Shown here: positions 20,263 through 30,443 of the stretch, piece by piece
Position numbering within the stretch: position 1 is the first letter of the stretch
Layout of the letters: each line of letters starts with the position of its first letter
Source: an uncultured Bacteroidaceae bacterium
Lineage (GTDB): Bacteria; CAIWAD01
NCBI GenBank assembly: GCA_964568855.1
Contig: CAZMSD010000001.1
Span: forward strand, 75,197 to 139,196
DNA: 64,000 nucleotides
Reading direction: 5' to 3'
Notes under the pieces: model-generated
Told to the model about the DNA's origin: nothing
Database searches by the model: none
Seen by the model: the letters and a program-made list of their open reading frames with translations, nothing else
Translations under genes and position numbers: made by a program

Positions 20263-22569
20263 ATGAGAACCTGTTTGATCGCCTTCTGCCTTCTGACGGT
20301 CGCCCGGCTCAGCGCCGGACCGCGGATCTTCCTCGACGCAGTCCACGGCAATCCCGAACTGGAGATGCTCTCCGAGACCAGCCTGGCCGAGTTGATGGAG
20401 CTCCTGCCCGAGGCCGAATTCGAACTCTACGGCCCCGCGGACCTGCCCATCTGCCGCCTGTTGCTGGACCTGGAGCTGCCGGCTCCCGGCGTCTACGAGT
20501 TCAACGTGCCCGAAGAGAGCAGCGAGTTCCTGCGCTTCCTCTACGCCAGGATCGAAGAGGAAGGAGGCGGATTCCAGCTGGGCTACCATCGCCTGGAGAG
20601 CCCTTCGGGAACCCCGTACTACGCTTTCGAGAACGGCATCCTGCTGGAGGAACCGGAACCGGGCGCCTGGACTTTCACCCTGGACGAATTCACCCAGGGA
20701 GCCATTACTCGCGTGGAGGTGGGCCTGGGACCGTGTTTCCTGGAAACATACCCCTTGCAGCACTACGACCTGCTGCTCAACCTGCCCAATTACGTGATGC
20801 AGCTCTTCCGGGGCACGCCGACGCCCTACAGCGAGGCCGAGAACCAGATCCTGATGGACTTCATGACGGGGGGCGGGTCGATCATGGTGGCCCGGGCCTC
20901 GGGCATCTTCGCCGAGAAGCCCATCGTCCAGCTTTACGGAATCCAGCAGCCGGCCACCTGGGAGGTCTGCTTCCCCGGGCGCCTGAGTTACGCCAGTCCC
21001 TGGTTGCGCAGCGTCCGCCGCGCCGGCGACTGGTGCTTCTCGCTGCCCCTGGATCCGGCGCCCCGAAAGACGATCTACTACGAAGCCCTGCTCGACCGGC
21101 CCCATCGCCCGCTCACTTTCCAGGCCGCGGGAGACGAGATCTGGATTACGAACCACTCGGGCGGAACGGTGGATCCCTGCCTGCTCTACCGGCTCGCGGA
21201 CGCTAAGCAGGTGGAGGTCAGGTCCTACGCCGCCCTCGTCCCGGGCGGTACCCTCGAACGCGCGCTCGATAAATTCCGTGTCCCGCTGGCCGAGTGGACC
21301 GATTTTCTGCGCGACACGATGGGCGAGGCGGAGCTCCGGCAGGGGCTGAGCCTTCGGGAATCGCGTGACTTCGCCGAAAACTGGCACTGGGCGGAGCGGA
21401 TCCGCGAGGAGCTGGACGGGCGCTGGCAGGGGCTTGTACTGTATCACACGGACGCCTACGACGAGCTGATTCCCGCGGGCGGCACGGGAAGGATCGAGAC
21501 CGTGCGCCTGCTCTGGCACCTGCTCGATCCTCTGCCCCTGGGCCTGCCGGCCGGCTTCGCGCCGCCGCATCCGCCCCCCGCGACGGAGCCCGTCTGCGAT
21601 GTGTATCACGAGTACGGCGTGCTCTGGGACGGCGACCGGCGCGACCAGCTGGACCAGCAGTTCTGGAGCATGAACTTCCACGACATCGGCCTGCACGACC
21701 CCACCGACTACTGGGAGTACGTGGATCACATCGTGTTCCACATGGGCCAGAGCGGGTCCGACCTGGCCCAGGAGATCTGGGCCGCGGCGGAGCAGCTGCA
21801 CGGGCGCCTGGCCACGGGCATCTCCGGCGAGGGCCTGGACCTGCTGGTGACCGGGGACGAGGACACCCAGGACGGGGTGGAATTCCCCGCGGGCAGCTAT
21901 CCGCCGGTGCTGGCGGCGGAGTATCACGGAAGCGGACAGCTGATCGGCCTCTCCGACCAGGGCCTGCTGGCCGAGGGCGCCGACAACCACGCGCTGGTGG
22001 AGACGCTCTTCGAGTACATGGACCGTCCGGGAGTGGGCGATGATTCATGGCTGCGCAGCTACCCGCCGGTGCAGGAGCTGATTCTCGAGAGTCCGGAACG
22101 CGAGGTGGTTGAATTCGCGCTGCTCAACATGGGTCCCGACACGGTGGCCCCCGCCGCCGGCACGCACGGCGTGCCCTGGCTGGTGCTCGAATCGCTCGCT
22201 CCGCCGCTGGTAGCTCCGGGCGAGTTCGCCCTGGCCCGCTGGGAGGTGGACTTCGCGCAGATCGAAAACGGTGATTTCGACATCAGCCTGCCGGTGGAAC
22301 CGGGAGGGCTTTCCTTCCTGCACGCCGTGGTGAACCTGGACCTCCTGCCCCCCGCCGATCTGCGGATCGAGATCGAGGGTCCGGACATCCATCTGAGCTG
22401 GGCGCCCGGTGAAGAGGTTCTCTGGAATGTCTATCGCCTGGAGGGACCCTGGCAGGAGATCGATCCGGGCTGTTGCCAGGCGACGGTGGATCAACCGTAT
22501 TACACCGACCCGGGGGCGCTGGCCCTGGGCCGGGCCTGGTACGTGGTGACCGTGCTGCGCGGGGAGTAG
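20263..22569 (+). CDS. secreted hypothetical protein
   Basis: ATG 20263 with AAAGGGGGAAG RBS and signal peptide MRTCLIAFCLLTVARLSAGP; 768 aa with no motif I recognise. The upstream 73 codons of the track ORF have no RBS. Confidence 0.6.
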   Translation: MRTCLIAFCLLTVARLSAGPRIFLDAVHGNPELEMLSETSLAELMELLPEAEFELYGPADLPICRLLLDLELPAPGVYEFNVPEESSEFLRFLYARIEEEGGGFQLGYHRLESPSGTPYYAFENGILLEEPEPGAWTFTLDEFTQGAITRVEVGLGPCFLETYPLQHYDLLLNLPNYVMQLFRGTPTPYSEAENQILMDFMTGGGSIMVARASGIFAEKPIVQLYGIQQPATWEVCFPGRLSYASPWLRSVRRAGDWCFSLPLDPAPRKTIYYEALLDRPHRPLTFQAAGDEIWITNHSGGTVDPCLLYRLADAKQVEVRSYAALVPGGTLERALDKFRVPLAEWTDFLRDTMGEAELRQGLSLRESRDFAENWHWAERIREELDGRWQGLVLYHTDAYDELIPAGGTGRIETVRLLWHLLDPLPLGLPAGFAPPHPPPATEPVCDVYHEYGVLWDGDRRDQLDQQFWSMNFHDIGLHDPTDYWEYVDHIVFHMGQSGSDLAQEIWAAAEQLHGRLATGISGEGLDLLVTGDEDTQDGVEFPAGSYPPVLAAEYHGSGQLIGLSDQGLLAEGADNHALVETLFEYMDRPGVGDDSWLRSYPPVQELILESPEREVVEFALLNMGPDTVAPAAGTHGVPWLVLESLAPPLVAPGEFALARWEVDFAQIENGDFDISLPVEPGGLSFLHAVVNLDLLPPADLRIEIEGPDIHLSWAPGEEVLWNVYRLEGPWQEIDPGCCQATVDQPYYTDPGALALGRAWYVVTVLRGE

Positions 22570-22650
22570 GCGCCGGATGCCGGATCACGCGAAATGGTGG
22601 ATTCCGCACGGAAGCACTCCACGGAACATTGTCACACAAAGCTTGAGAAA

Positions 22651-22685
22651 ACACAGAGCCCGGCCGGCGGCCGGGCTCTGTGTTT
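22651..22685. terminator. bidirectional rho-independent terminator between convergent genes
   Basis: 14-16 bp GC-rich stem ACACAGAGCCCGGCC/GGCCGGGCTCTGTGT flanked by AAA on one side and TTT on the other. Confidence 0.7.
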
Positions 22686-22729
22686 CGATTCCCGTGACGC
22701 AGTTGTATCACGGGACGTCTCCTCGCTGA

Positions 22730-23842
22730 TCAGATGCGGATGTTCAGGCCGGCGGTGAAGGAATTGTACTTGCCGATGTTGTAGTCCGCGTTGATGTTCA
22801 GCATCAGCAGCTTGACGCTCAGGCCCAGCGTGATACGGGACTTGTTCTCGCCAGTGATCTCGAAGTTGATCGGTTGCGTCATGGGGCCGGTAGGCGTATC
22901 GATGATGTAATCGTAGTTCACCTCCATCTTGGCTGATTCGAACATCAGGCCCGCGTAGGGCGTGATGTTGGCCAGCCCGGCGCCGAACTTCTTGCTGGCG
23001 TTGACGCCGAAGGCGGTGGTCTTGGTGGTGAACATGTCGCCGACCTTGATGTTCTGCGAGAAGAAGCTGGCGGCCAGGTCCACGGGAAGGTCGATTTCCA
23101 TCCAGGCGGCCGGATTGTGCTGCAGGCCGAAACCGAAGTAGTTGAAGCTGCCCAGGTCGCTGCTCAGCTCCACGCTGGGCAGGAAACGGATGGTTAACTG
23201 GGTGCCGAAAACCGTGCCCAGGCTGAACTGGGGCGTCATGAGGGGCAGAAGGTTCGCGCCTGACAGATTGCCGTAGCCGCCGATGGGCAGTACGATCGTC
23301 GTGGGATCGAGTTCCACCGAATCCGGCAGGCCCACGTCGTAGCTTCCCCCGCCGAAGGCGATGGTGATCAGATCATCTTCCGAGCCGATGACGGTGGCGC
23401 CCGAGATTCCCACGCTGGAGGATTGACTGGTCAATTGGTCGAGGAGTTCGTCGAACACCAGGGGCGCGTTCATTTCCAGATCCGGGTCCGTGGCCTCGAT
23501 CAGGTCCCTCGCCTCGTCTTCGCTGAAGGTAAAAGAACCGTTGATACTGAAGTTCGTTGCATCCGAAGGAAAGAAGGAACCCATGGCCACGAAGCCGAAT
23601 TCCAGGTCCAGTCCCAGTTTCTTGGCCTCGGGAGCACGGTGGAACCAGCCCCCGTTGAGGTCCGCCCCCATGGCCGAGGAGATGGGCTTGAGGTAGGAAG
23701 CGGCCGCGTCGGCGGAGAGTTCATTGAGAGTCTCCTCCAGCGTCTGGGCGGGGACCGTCAGCGGCAGCCCCGCGACGCAGGCGGCAAGCAGACAGGCCAG
23801 ACAGCCCCGCCGCGAGAGAAATGAAGTGTAGGAAAACGTCAT
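22730..23842 (-). CDS. outer-membrane beta-barrel / porin-like hypothetical protein
   Basis: Signal peptide MTFSYTSFLSRRGCLACLLAACVAGLPLTVPAQT. Alternating hydrophobic and Gly/Asn/Ser-rich amphipathic strands to the C-terminus. Confidence 0.55.
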   Translation of the reverse strand: MTFSYTSFLSRRGCLACLLAACVAGLPLTVPAQTLEETLNELSADAAASYLKPISSAMGADLNGGWFHRAPEAKKLGLDLEFGFVAMGSFFPSDATNFSINGSFTFSEDEARDLIEATDPDLEMNAPLVFDELLDQLTSQSSSVGISGATVIGSEDDLITIAFGGGSYDVGLPDSVELDPTTIVLPIGGYGNLSGANLLPLMTPQFSLGTVFGTQLTIRFLPSVELSSDLGSFNYFGFGLQHNPAAWMEIDLPVDLAASFFSQNIKVGDMFTTKTTAFGVNASKKFGAGLANITPYAGLMFESAKMEVNYDYIIDTPTGPMTQPINFEITGENKSRITLGLSVKLLMLNINADYNIGKYNSFTAGLNIRI

Positions 23843-23952
23843 ACGGTCCTCCTGTTCTGTTGAAAGGGAGTTCATGGGGACCCTTATCGATACGGAGCGA
23901 ATTGTTCTGTTCCGCCGTCATACGCTGAAAGTGTCGAACTGCCGACTGGGGA

Positions 23953-25068
23953 TCAAGCCGTACCCGCACGTTCCCGGCCTCGCAGGCAGAGCCGGACCAG
24001 CCAGAGCATCAGCGGCACCTCGATCAGCACCCCCACCACCGTGGCCAGCGCGGCCCCGGAGGCGAGTCCGAACAGCATGGCCGCCGTGGCGATGGCCACC
24101 TCGAAGTGATTGGAAGCGCCGATCAGTGCGCTGGGCGCTGCGTCCTCGTAGCGCAGGCCCAGGCGGCGGGCCATGGTCCAGGTGAGGCCGAAGATCAGCA
24201 GGGTCTGCAGGGCCAGCGGGACGGCGATCCAGAGAATCGTCAGGGGCCTGCCGAGAATGGTCTCGCCCTTGAAGGAGAACAGCAGCACGAGTGTCACGAG
24301 CAGCGCAACGATGGTGAGGGGCGTCAGCAGGTGCAGGAAGCGTTCCTCGAACCAGCGCTCGCCCTTAAGTCTCAACAGCAGCTTGCGGGAGAGGTAACCC
24401 GCCGCCAGCGGCAGGGCCACGTAGACGCTGATGGACAGCAGCAGCGCCTCCCAGGGTATCGGCATGCGTCCCAGCCCCAGCAGCAGGCCGCCGAGGGGAC
24501 CGTAGAGGCCCAGCATCACCAGGGAATTGATGGCCACCATGACCAGCGTATGCCCGTCGTTGCCCCTGGCGAGGTAGCCCCAGACCAGCACCATCGCCGT
24601 GCAGGGAGCGATGCCGAGCAGGATGCAGCCGGCCAGGTAGCTGCGCCAGAGGGGAACCTCCAGCATCCGCAGCCCCTCGTGAATCACGACCCGCCCCTCG
24701 CCGTAGACCGCGCCGGCCTGCAGCTCCAGGCCCAGCGGGTACTTGACCAGGTCCGTCGCCTCAGCGCCGATCAGGCCCTTGAACAGCCAGCCGAGGAACA
24801 GCATGGAGATGGCCAGCATGGTGAAGGGCTTGATGGCCCAGTTGACGAAGAGGGTCAGCGCCACCGGACGCAGGTTGCGTCCCGCGCGCAGCACCTGCCC
24901 GAAGTCGATCTTGACCATGATGGGATACATCATCAAGAACAGGCAGGCCGCAATGGGCAGGGATACCACGGGTGCGCCGCCCACGCTGATGGACATCGCG
25001 TCCAGGGCCCGGGCCGCGCCCGGCGCCAGACGCCCGAGCAGGATCCCCGCCCCGATGCACAGAATCAC
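23953..25068 (-). CDS. acr3: arsenite efflux permease ACR3 family (N-terminus apparently frameshifted; ATG at 25124-25126 in the +1 frame)
   Basis: [15 protein letters not shown]...[11 protein letters not shown] and ten TM segments typical of Acr3/ArsB(YqcL). In-frame upstream codons read [13 protein letters not shown] (the canonical Acr3 N-terminus) but contain no start codon. Confidence 0.75.
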   Translation of the reverse strand: MILCIGAGILLGRLAPGAARALDAMSISVGGAPVVSLPIAACLFLMMYPIMVKIDFGQVLRAGRNLRPVALTLFVNWAIKPFTMLAISMLFLGWLFKGLIGAEATDLVKYPLGLELQAGAVYGEGRVVIHEGLRMLEVPLWRSYLAGCILLGIAPCTAMVLVWGYLARGNDGHTLVMVAINSLVMLGLYGPLGGLLLGLGRMPIPWEALLLSISVYVALPLAAGYLSRKLLLRLKGERWFEERFLHLLTPLTIVALLVTLVLLFSFKGETILGRPLTILWIAVPLALQTLLIFGLTWTMARRLGLRYEDAAPSALIGASNHFEVAIATAAMLFGLASGAALATVVGVLIEVPLMLWLVRLCLRGRERAGTA

Positions 25069-25272
25069 CCACAGGCTGAGATAGCGCTCGAAGAAACCCA
25101 GGCCCGCCGGCCGTTTCGTGATACATGACTCTCCGGCCAGTTTCCAGCTCCTTTCTCGAGGGACGATTGGATCAGTCGGTGTAGCACAAGGAATCGTGGA
25201 CGTCTTTCCCGCCGGCGATATCCCTGCCCGGAATTGAATCCACCACGCGGCGGCCTGGCCTGCTCTGCCGTA

Positions 25273-25743
25273 TCACCCGTCGTTGGGACCGCCGGGCCGG
25301 TTGCGATCCAGGCATTCCGGCAGGCTCAGAACGTATTCGCGGATCTCGTCCCGCACGCGCCGGTAGTGCGCCAGGGCCTCTTCTTGGCTGGCTGCGTTCC
25401 GGGCCAGCCGCGGCGGATCGTCGAAACCCGCGTGCGCCGTCCGCGCGCCCCCGGGAAACACGGGGCAATTCTCGCGGGCGTGGTCGCAGACCGTGACCAC
25501 CCAGTCGAGGGGAAGCCGGGGAAGCTCCGCCAGCCGCTTGGATTTCTGCCTCGAGATATCCACGCCCGCTTCGGTCATCACCCGGACCGCCCGGGGATCG
25601 ATCCCCTGCCGCTCGATGCCCGCCGACCAGGCCTCGATCCGATCGCCACGCAGGGCCCGGACCCAGCCTTCGGCCATCTGGCTCCGGCAGGAGTTCCCCG
25701 TGCAGAGGAACAGGATCTTCAGTTTCGATTCCGTGTCACGCAT
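25273..25743 (-). CDS. arsC: arsenate reductase, LMW-PTP / thioredoxin-coupled type
   Basis: LCTGNSCRSQMAEG P-loop (CX5R) and downstream Cys residues; 156 aa. Confidence 0.85.
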   Translation of the reverse strand: MRDTESKLKILFLCTGNSCRSQMAEGWVRALRGDRIEAWSAGIERQGIDPRAVRVMTEAGVDISRQKSKRLAELPRLPLDWVVTVCDHARENCPVFPGGARTAHAGFDDPPRLARNAASQEEALAHYRRVRDEIREYVLSLPECLDRNRPGGPNDG

Positions 25744-25940
25744 CTCCGGTTTCCCTTCCGATCCCGGGAAATGTAGCGCTGCTCGTGCTTTGTTCCGCGA
25801 AGCCGCGGAAATCTCGACATCCGGTGATGATTCCCTGCGGACCGAAGGCGGGAGGAATCCTTGGATTGGCCTTTCGTAGGTATATTCCAGACGATCAAGA
25901 ATGGAATCGGGATGCAGGACATCGCCGGAGGATCCGAATC

Positions 25941-26264
25941 ATGGCCGAGCGCATCGACGACATCAGCATCGAGTACGTGGAACCCACCAGCGGCAAGCAG
26001 CGAGTCAAGCAACTGGACAAGCAGGTGCTCACGCGGGGAGCCTGGTCCACGATCGTGTTTCGCTACCGGGACCTGGACCAGCGCGCCGATGAGTACGGAC
26101 CGGTCAAGTACCGCATCGGCCGCTACCGCAAGCGGGGCGGCGAGTTCCTCCCCCAGTCCAAGTTCAATATCTCCTCGGCCGAGCAGGCGCGCCAGCTGAT
26201 CGAGATCCTGCAGCGCTGGCTGGAGCAGGACGCCGGCACCGCCAATGAGGCGGACCGGGAATGA
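25941..26264 (+). CDS. small hypothetical protein (107 aa)
   Basis: ATG 25941 with GGAGGA RBS. Basic/KR-rich. Its stop overlaps the ATG of the downstream thioesterase (ATGA). Confidence 0.5.
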   Translation: MAERIDDISIEYVEPTSGKQRVKQLDKQVLTRGAWSTIVFRYRDLDQRADEYGPVKYRIGRYRKRGGEFLPQSKFNISSAEQARQLIEILQRWLEQDAGTANEADRE

Positions 26265-26689
26265 GCGCCTTCCGTCACCGCGCGATCCTGAGAATGAGCC
26301 ACTGCGACGCGGCGGGCGTCCTGTTCTTCCCGCGGCTCTTCGAGCTGGCCAACGAGGCCTACGAGGAGCTGCTCAGGGAGGCGGGCAGCCCCCTGGCCGG
26401 CCACCTGCCGCCGGAAGGCCGGCCGCTGCCCGTGGTGCACGCCGAGGCGGAATACCATCATCCCATGCGTCCCGGCCAGGAAGTGGAACTGCTTGTATCA
26501 CTGCTCGCCATGGGCAGGACTTCCTTCCGCCTGGCCTGCGAATTCCGGAATCGGGAAGAGCATCGTCTTGCGCGGGTAGAAACCGTGCACGTGGTCCTCT
26601 CCGGCCGAACCTGGAGCCCGACGCCGATTCCCGATTCGCTGCGCGGAGGATTGACGAGCCTGCTCGGCGACCCGTCCGCCGATGGGTGA
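26261..26689 (+). CDS. hotdog-fold acyl-CoA thioesterase (candidate 1,4-dihydroxy-2-naphthoyl-CoA hydrolase, MenI-like)
   Basis: 4HBT-like pattern (HCDAAGVLFFPRLFELANEAYEELL...VELLVSLLAMGRTSFRLACEFR); convergent with the men operon. Confidence 0.6.
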   Translation: MSAFRHRAILRMSHCDAAGVLFFPRLFELANEAYEELLREAGSPLAGHLPPEGRPLPVVHAEAEYHHPMRPGQEVELLVSLLAMGRTSFRLACEFRNREEHRLARVETVHVVLSGRTWSPTPIPDSLRGGLTSLLGDPSADG

Positions 26690-26709
26690 GGGCAAGGATC
26701 GCCCGATCC

Positions 26710-28320
26710 TCAGGTTCTTCTCCCACCTTCAGCAGACAGCAGTCTCCCGGCCATCGCGGCGAAGCGCGTCCTGTCCGGTTTCAGGGTAGAGCCGCGGGCG
26801 GCCGCGCCCGCGGACTCGGCGGGCCAGTTCCAGATCCGTCGGGGCAGCTTGTAGGAGGCCAGCCGGTCCCTCAGACTCAGGCGAAGCCGCTCATCGTCGA
26901 AGACACAGTCCTCGGCCAGTTTCACGAAGGCGCCGGGCAGGGCGCCGAATTCCTCGTCGGGCAGCGGCACCACCAGGGCGCTGAGCACCCCGGGACAAGC
27001 GCAGAGCGCCTGCTCGATCTCCTCGGGGTGCAGGTTTTCCCCGCCGCAGATGAACATGTTGTCGCAGCGTCCCAGGACCCGCAGGTTGCCGCGGTCGTCC
27101 AGGCTTCCCAGGTCTCCGGTGTGGAAATATCCCTCGGCGTCCCGTGGATCAGCGATCCGGCGCGTGCCGCGGTCAAGGTAGCCCGCCATCAGGCAACTCC
27201 CGCGCAGCAGGATCTCGCCCTCGGCCGAGAACGCCAGTTCCCTCCCGGGCAGAGGCCGGCCGGCGGCCAACGGCTCGCCCGCCCGCGCTCCCGTCCCGGC
27301 GTCGGGAAAGGCCGTCGCCGTGACCGTGGAGGCCATTTCCGTCAGGCCGTAGGTATGGACCAGGGGGACGCCGGCCCGCCGCGCCGCCTCCTGCCGGTCG
27401 AAAGCCAGCGGGCCGCCGCCCACCAGCACGGCGCGCGCGCCGGCCAGCGCCCGGCACGCGGACTTGCGCGCCAGCAGGCGCCCCAGCTGCGTTTCCACCA
27501 GCGAGATGTGTGTCACGCCATCTCCGGGAGCCGGTTCGAGCAGAGCTTGTCCCCGGGGAAGCAGGACGCCCCCTCCGGTGCAGAGAGCCCTGAACAGGAT
27601 CGCCAATCCTCCCGTGTGATACACCGGCAGCGTCAGGGCCCACAGATCTCCCGGTCCGAAATCCAGGTGGCGGCAGACGGCCAGGGCGCTGGCCCAGTGG
27701 GCGGCCAGGCCGTGCACCACGAGCTTGGGTCCCCCGCTGCTGCCCGAGGTGGCCAGCACTGTTGCCGGATCGTACGGGCACCGCGGGACGGGTTCAGGGC
27801 TGGAAATCTCCCGCGGATTCACCGCGTCCAGGGCCAGTTCACGAATTTCGGAGGGATCCACGACGCACGCCTCCCGGGGCAGGCGCCGCCACTCGGAGGA
27901 CCTGCAGAACAGGTGACGACAACCCAGCTCTTCGAGCAGCGCGGCGTGATCCTCCCGGCGTTCACGCCGGTGCAGGGGCAGCACCGCCGCGCCGGTTTCG
28001 ATGCCGGCCAGCAGGACCAGGACGGTCTCGACCGCCGGCGGCGCGTCCACCGCCAGCAGGACGCCCGGTCCCAGTCCCGTATCACGCAGCAGGGCGGTCA
28101 AGCGGCGGATCGCCGCCGCCGCCTCGCCCCGTGTGATACAGGCGCCCTTGTCCCCCGCCGTGCCGGAGGGACCGTCGGGCGAGGCGGTCGTCTCGCCTTT
28201 CGTGGATTCCCTGAGCAGAACCTGCTCCGGCAGGCGGGCCAGCATCTGCAACGGGGAGCCGGACCGGCCGTCAGGAAAGGTCTCCCGGCGGTCTCGGGAA
28301 GTCCCGGGTTCTGCGTTCAT
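26710..28320 (-). CDS. menE: o-succinylbenzoate--CoA ligase
   Basis: AMP-binding motifs TSGSSGGPKL, YGLTEMA and GDLG...GR. Sits in the men operon. Start ATG overlaps the menC stop (ATGA); the track ORF 26710..29337 is a read-through in the wrong frame upstream. Confidence 0.8.
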   Translation of the reverse strand: MNAEPGTSRDRRETFPDGRSGSPLQMLARLPEQVLLRESTKGETTASPDGPSGTAGDKGACITRGEAAAAIRRLTALLRDTGLGPGVLLAVDAPPAVETVLVLLAGIETGAAVLPLHRRERREDHAALLEELGCRHLFCRSSEWRRLPREACVVDPSEIRELALDAVNPREISSPEPVPRCPYDPATVLATSGSSGGPKLVVHGLAAHWASALAVCRHLDFGPGDLWALTLPVYHTGGLAILFRALCTGGGVLLPRGQALLEPAPGDGVTHISLVETQLGRLLARKSACRALAGARAVLVGGGPLAFDRQEAARRAGVPLVHTYGLTEMASTVTATAFPDAGTGARAGEPLAAGRPLPGRELAFSAEGEILLRGSCLMAGYLDRGTRRIADPRDAEGYFHTGDLGSLDDRGNLRVLGRCDNMFICGGENLHPEEIEQALCACPGVLSALVVPLPDEEFGALPGAFVKLAEDCVFDDERLRLSLRDRLASYKLPRRIWNWPAESAGAAARGSTLKPDRTRFAAMAGRLLSAEGGRRT

Positions 28321-29519
28321 CGGTGAATCTCCTCCGCGGATTCCGCCGTCGCGGTTCCCCGCCAGCGCGCACCGGCCAGGAACTCGGCGGACGGCCGGAC
28401 CGGCCTGCGCGGCAGCACCAGTACCCCGGAGCTCGATGAATAGGGCGGATCGGCCAGATCCTCCGCCAGGAAGCGGTCCGTGCCCAGGCCCGTGGCCGGC
28501 GCGCCATGTTCCTCCCCTGCCGCGCAGGCGGCGATCCGGGCCAGGTTCCAGAGTCCCAGGCCGCTTTCGAAGACGGAACTGACCACCGCCGCCGTGCCGG
28601 GCGGCACCTGCCGCAGCAGGCGCAGTGTCTCGGGCAGTCCGCGGAGGGCGGGCTTGACGATCCAGGCCGCAACCAGGGGCTCCCGCCACAGGCCCCGCAG
28701 GGCGGGATCCAGCAGGCTCTCGTCCAGAGCCACCGGCAGGCCCGTTCGCTGGTGGAACTCCTGCAGCCTTGCGGGATCCGCCAGCGGTTCCTCGATCCAG
28801 CGGACTCCGCAGAGCCGTGCTTCCCGGGCAAGTTCCACAGCGTTCTCGAAGGCAAGGGAGCGGTTGGCGTCCAGGCGCAACTCGAGGGAGTCTCCCAGTT
28901 CGGAGCGCAGACTCCGCAGCGTCCGGATTTCCGTTCGGGGATCCCGCCGGCCCACTTTCACCTTGACGGCGCTCCATCCCCCGGGCGGGGCTGCCTGCAC
29001 GAATGCTTGCAGGTCTGCTTCGTCCCCGTCGAAGAGCGCGTTGACCCGCAGCCGCCTGGCGGCCCCGGGGCAGAGCAGGTCCGCGGGAGTGCGGCCACTC
29101 CCTTCCGCGCAGAGATTCAGCAGGGCGCTTCCCAGGGCCCAGCGCAGGCTCGGGGCCAGACCGCCGTAGCCCGGGAGCTCCTCGTCCAGCGATTCGAAGA
29201 GGGTCGGCACGGCGGGGGAACCAGGATCCCGCCGAGGGGGCGATTCCAGATCCAGGGGCAGCAGCTCCGCCCAGTCCACGAGCTGGGCCCGGACCCGCTC
29301 CAGGGACTCGGCGTGCAGGCCCGGCAAGGGAGCGCATTCGCCGTAGCCCCGCGCGCCGGCCTCGTCGCCCAGGCGCAGCAGCAGGCCCTCACGGTGCCGC
29401 AGTATCCATCCTCCCACGCGCAAAGGTCCGCGCAGCTCCAGGCGGTAGTAAGTCCACTGCAGTTCCCTCAGTCGCAGGCCCGCCATCCCTTGCTTCTCCA
29501 AGTACGGTTGAGCCGTCAT
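28317..29519 (-). CDS. menC: o-succinylbenzoate synthase (enolase superfamily)
   Basis: MR/MLE-type enolase-superfamily pattern with the KVKVGRRD lysine region; position between menA and menE. Confidence 0.75.
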   Translation of the reverse strand: MTAQPYLEKQGMAGLRLRELQWTYYRLELRGPLRVGGWILRHREGLLLRLGDEAGARGYGECAPLPGLHAESLERVRAQLVDWAELLPLDLESPPRRDPGSPAVPTLFESLDEELPGYGGLAPSLRWALGSALLNLCAEGSGRTPADLLCPGAARRLRVNALFDGDEADLQAFVQAAPPGGWSAVKVKVGRRDPRTEIRTLRSLRSELGDSLELRLDANRSLAFENAVELAREARLCGVRWIEEPLADPARLQEFHQRTGLPVALDESLLDPALRGLWREPLVAAWIVKPALRGLPETLRLLRQVPPGTAAVVSSVFESGLGLWNLARIAACAAGEEHGAPATGLGTDRFLAEDLADPPYSSSSGVLVLPRRPVRPSAEFLAGARWRGTATAESAEEIHR

Positions 29520-30421
29520 CCGCCGGACAGGATCGCCAGCGACAACAGCAGAGAATAGACCATGTTCTGACGCCCCGTGGCACCCAGGGCGGCGTTCATC
29601 CGCGCCCCGAAATCAAGCGCTTCCGGAGAGACCCGCAGGATGTCCCGCGCGGCGGGCCAGAGCAGCGCACAGGAAGCGCCGGCCAGCAGGCTCCACGGAG
29701 GGAGGCCGCCCCACAGCATCAGGGAAACGGGCAGCAGCGCGGCGCCCGCCACGCAGCACAGGTATTCGCCGCGCGAGAAAGCCGCGCCGAAACGCACGGC
29801 CGGACTGCGCTTGCCCGCCCGAATATCGGCGGCGCGGTCGCGGTGGTTGTTGACAGTGAGCAGGGCCAGGGAGAACAGCCCGGGAGCCAGGCCGGCCGCC
29901 AGGCTGAGCCCGCTGAGCTTCAGCGCCTGCACGTAGTAGGTGCCGGCGACGGCGATGGGTCCGAACCAGGCGAAGGCAAAGAAATCGGCCAGTCCCAGGT
30001 AGGCCAGCGACCAGGGCCCGCCCGTGTAGACCACGCCCAGCAGCAGCGAACTGAGGCCGATCAGCAGGATCGGCCAGCCTCCGCGCCAGAGCAGGTAGAC
30101 GCCGATGAGCAGCGCCAGGGCGAAGGCGGCGATGAAGGCCCGGCGCGTGGCCCCGGGAGCGATCAGGCCGGCCTGGGTGGCCCGTACCGGACCCAGGCGC
30201 TCCGCGGTGTCGGCCCCCTTGAAGTGGTCGAAGTAGTCGTTGGCCAGGTTGGTTCCCACCTGGATGCAGATCGCCGCCGCCAGAACCGCGAGTGCTGCCG
30301 GCAGGTGTTCGAGACCCTCCGCCCGCGCGATAGCCGTTCCCAGCAGCACGGGGGCAACGGCAGCCCAGAGCGTTTTGGGCCGGGCGGCCTGGATCCAGGC
30401 TTTGAGCACGGAAGCTTGCAT
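29516..30421 (-). CDS. menA: 1,4-dihydroxy-2-naphthoate polyprenyltransferase (UbiA family)
   Basis: [11 protein letters not shown] Asp-rich UbiA motif, polytopic membrane profile. Start taken as [21 protein letters not shown]; the track ORF has a 26-aa extension overlapping menB. Confidence 0.8.
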   Translation of the reverse strand: MQASVLKAWIQAARPKTLWAAVAPVLLGTAIARAEGLEHLPAALAVLAAAICIQVGTNLANDYFDHFKGADTAERLGPVRATQAGLIAPGATRRAFIAAFALALLIGVYLLWRGGWPILLIGLSSLLLGVVYTGGPWSLAYLGLADFFAFAWFGPIAVAGTYYVQALKLSGLSLAAGLAPGLFSLALLTVNNHRDRAADIRAGKRSPAVRFGAAFSRGEYLCCVAGAALLPVSLMLWGGLPPWSLLAGASCALLWPAARDILRVSPEALDFGARMNAALGATGRQNMVYSLLLSLAILSGG

Positions 30422-30443
30422 GCCTGCCCCTGGACGCGAGGAC

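Noticed and set aside
25719-26012. 97-aa minus ORF upstream of arsC, considered as a possible arsR
   Set aside because: No winged-helix HTH and no metal-binding Cys pattern. It overlaps the promoter and start of the plus-strand small gene. Judged spurious.
26245-28326. 693-aa plus-strand ORF; also the 875-aa minus ORF 26710..29337
   Set aside because: The first is antisense to menE. The second is a read-through whose N-terminal 339 aa are the wrong frame over menC. The true menE starts at the internal ATG 28318-28320, overlapping the menC stop.
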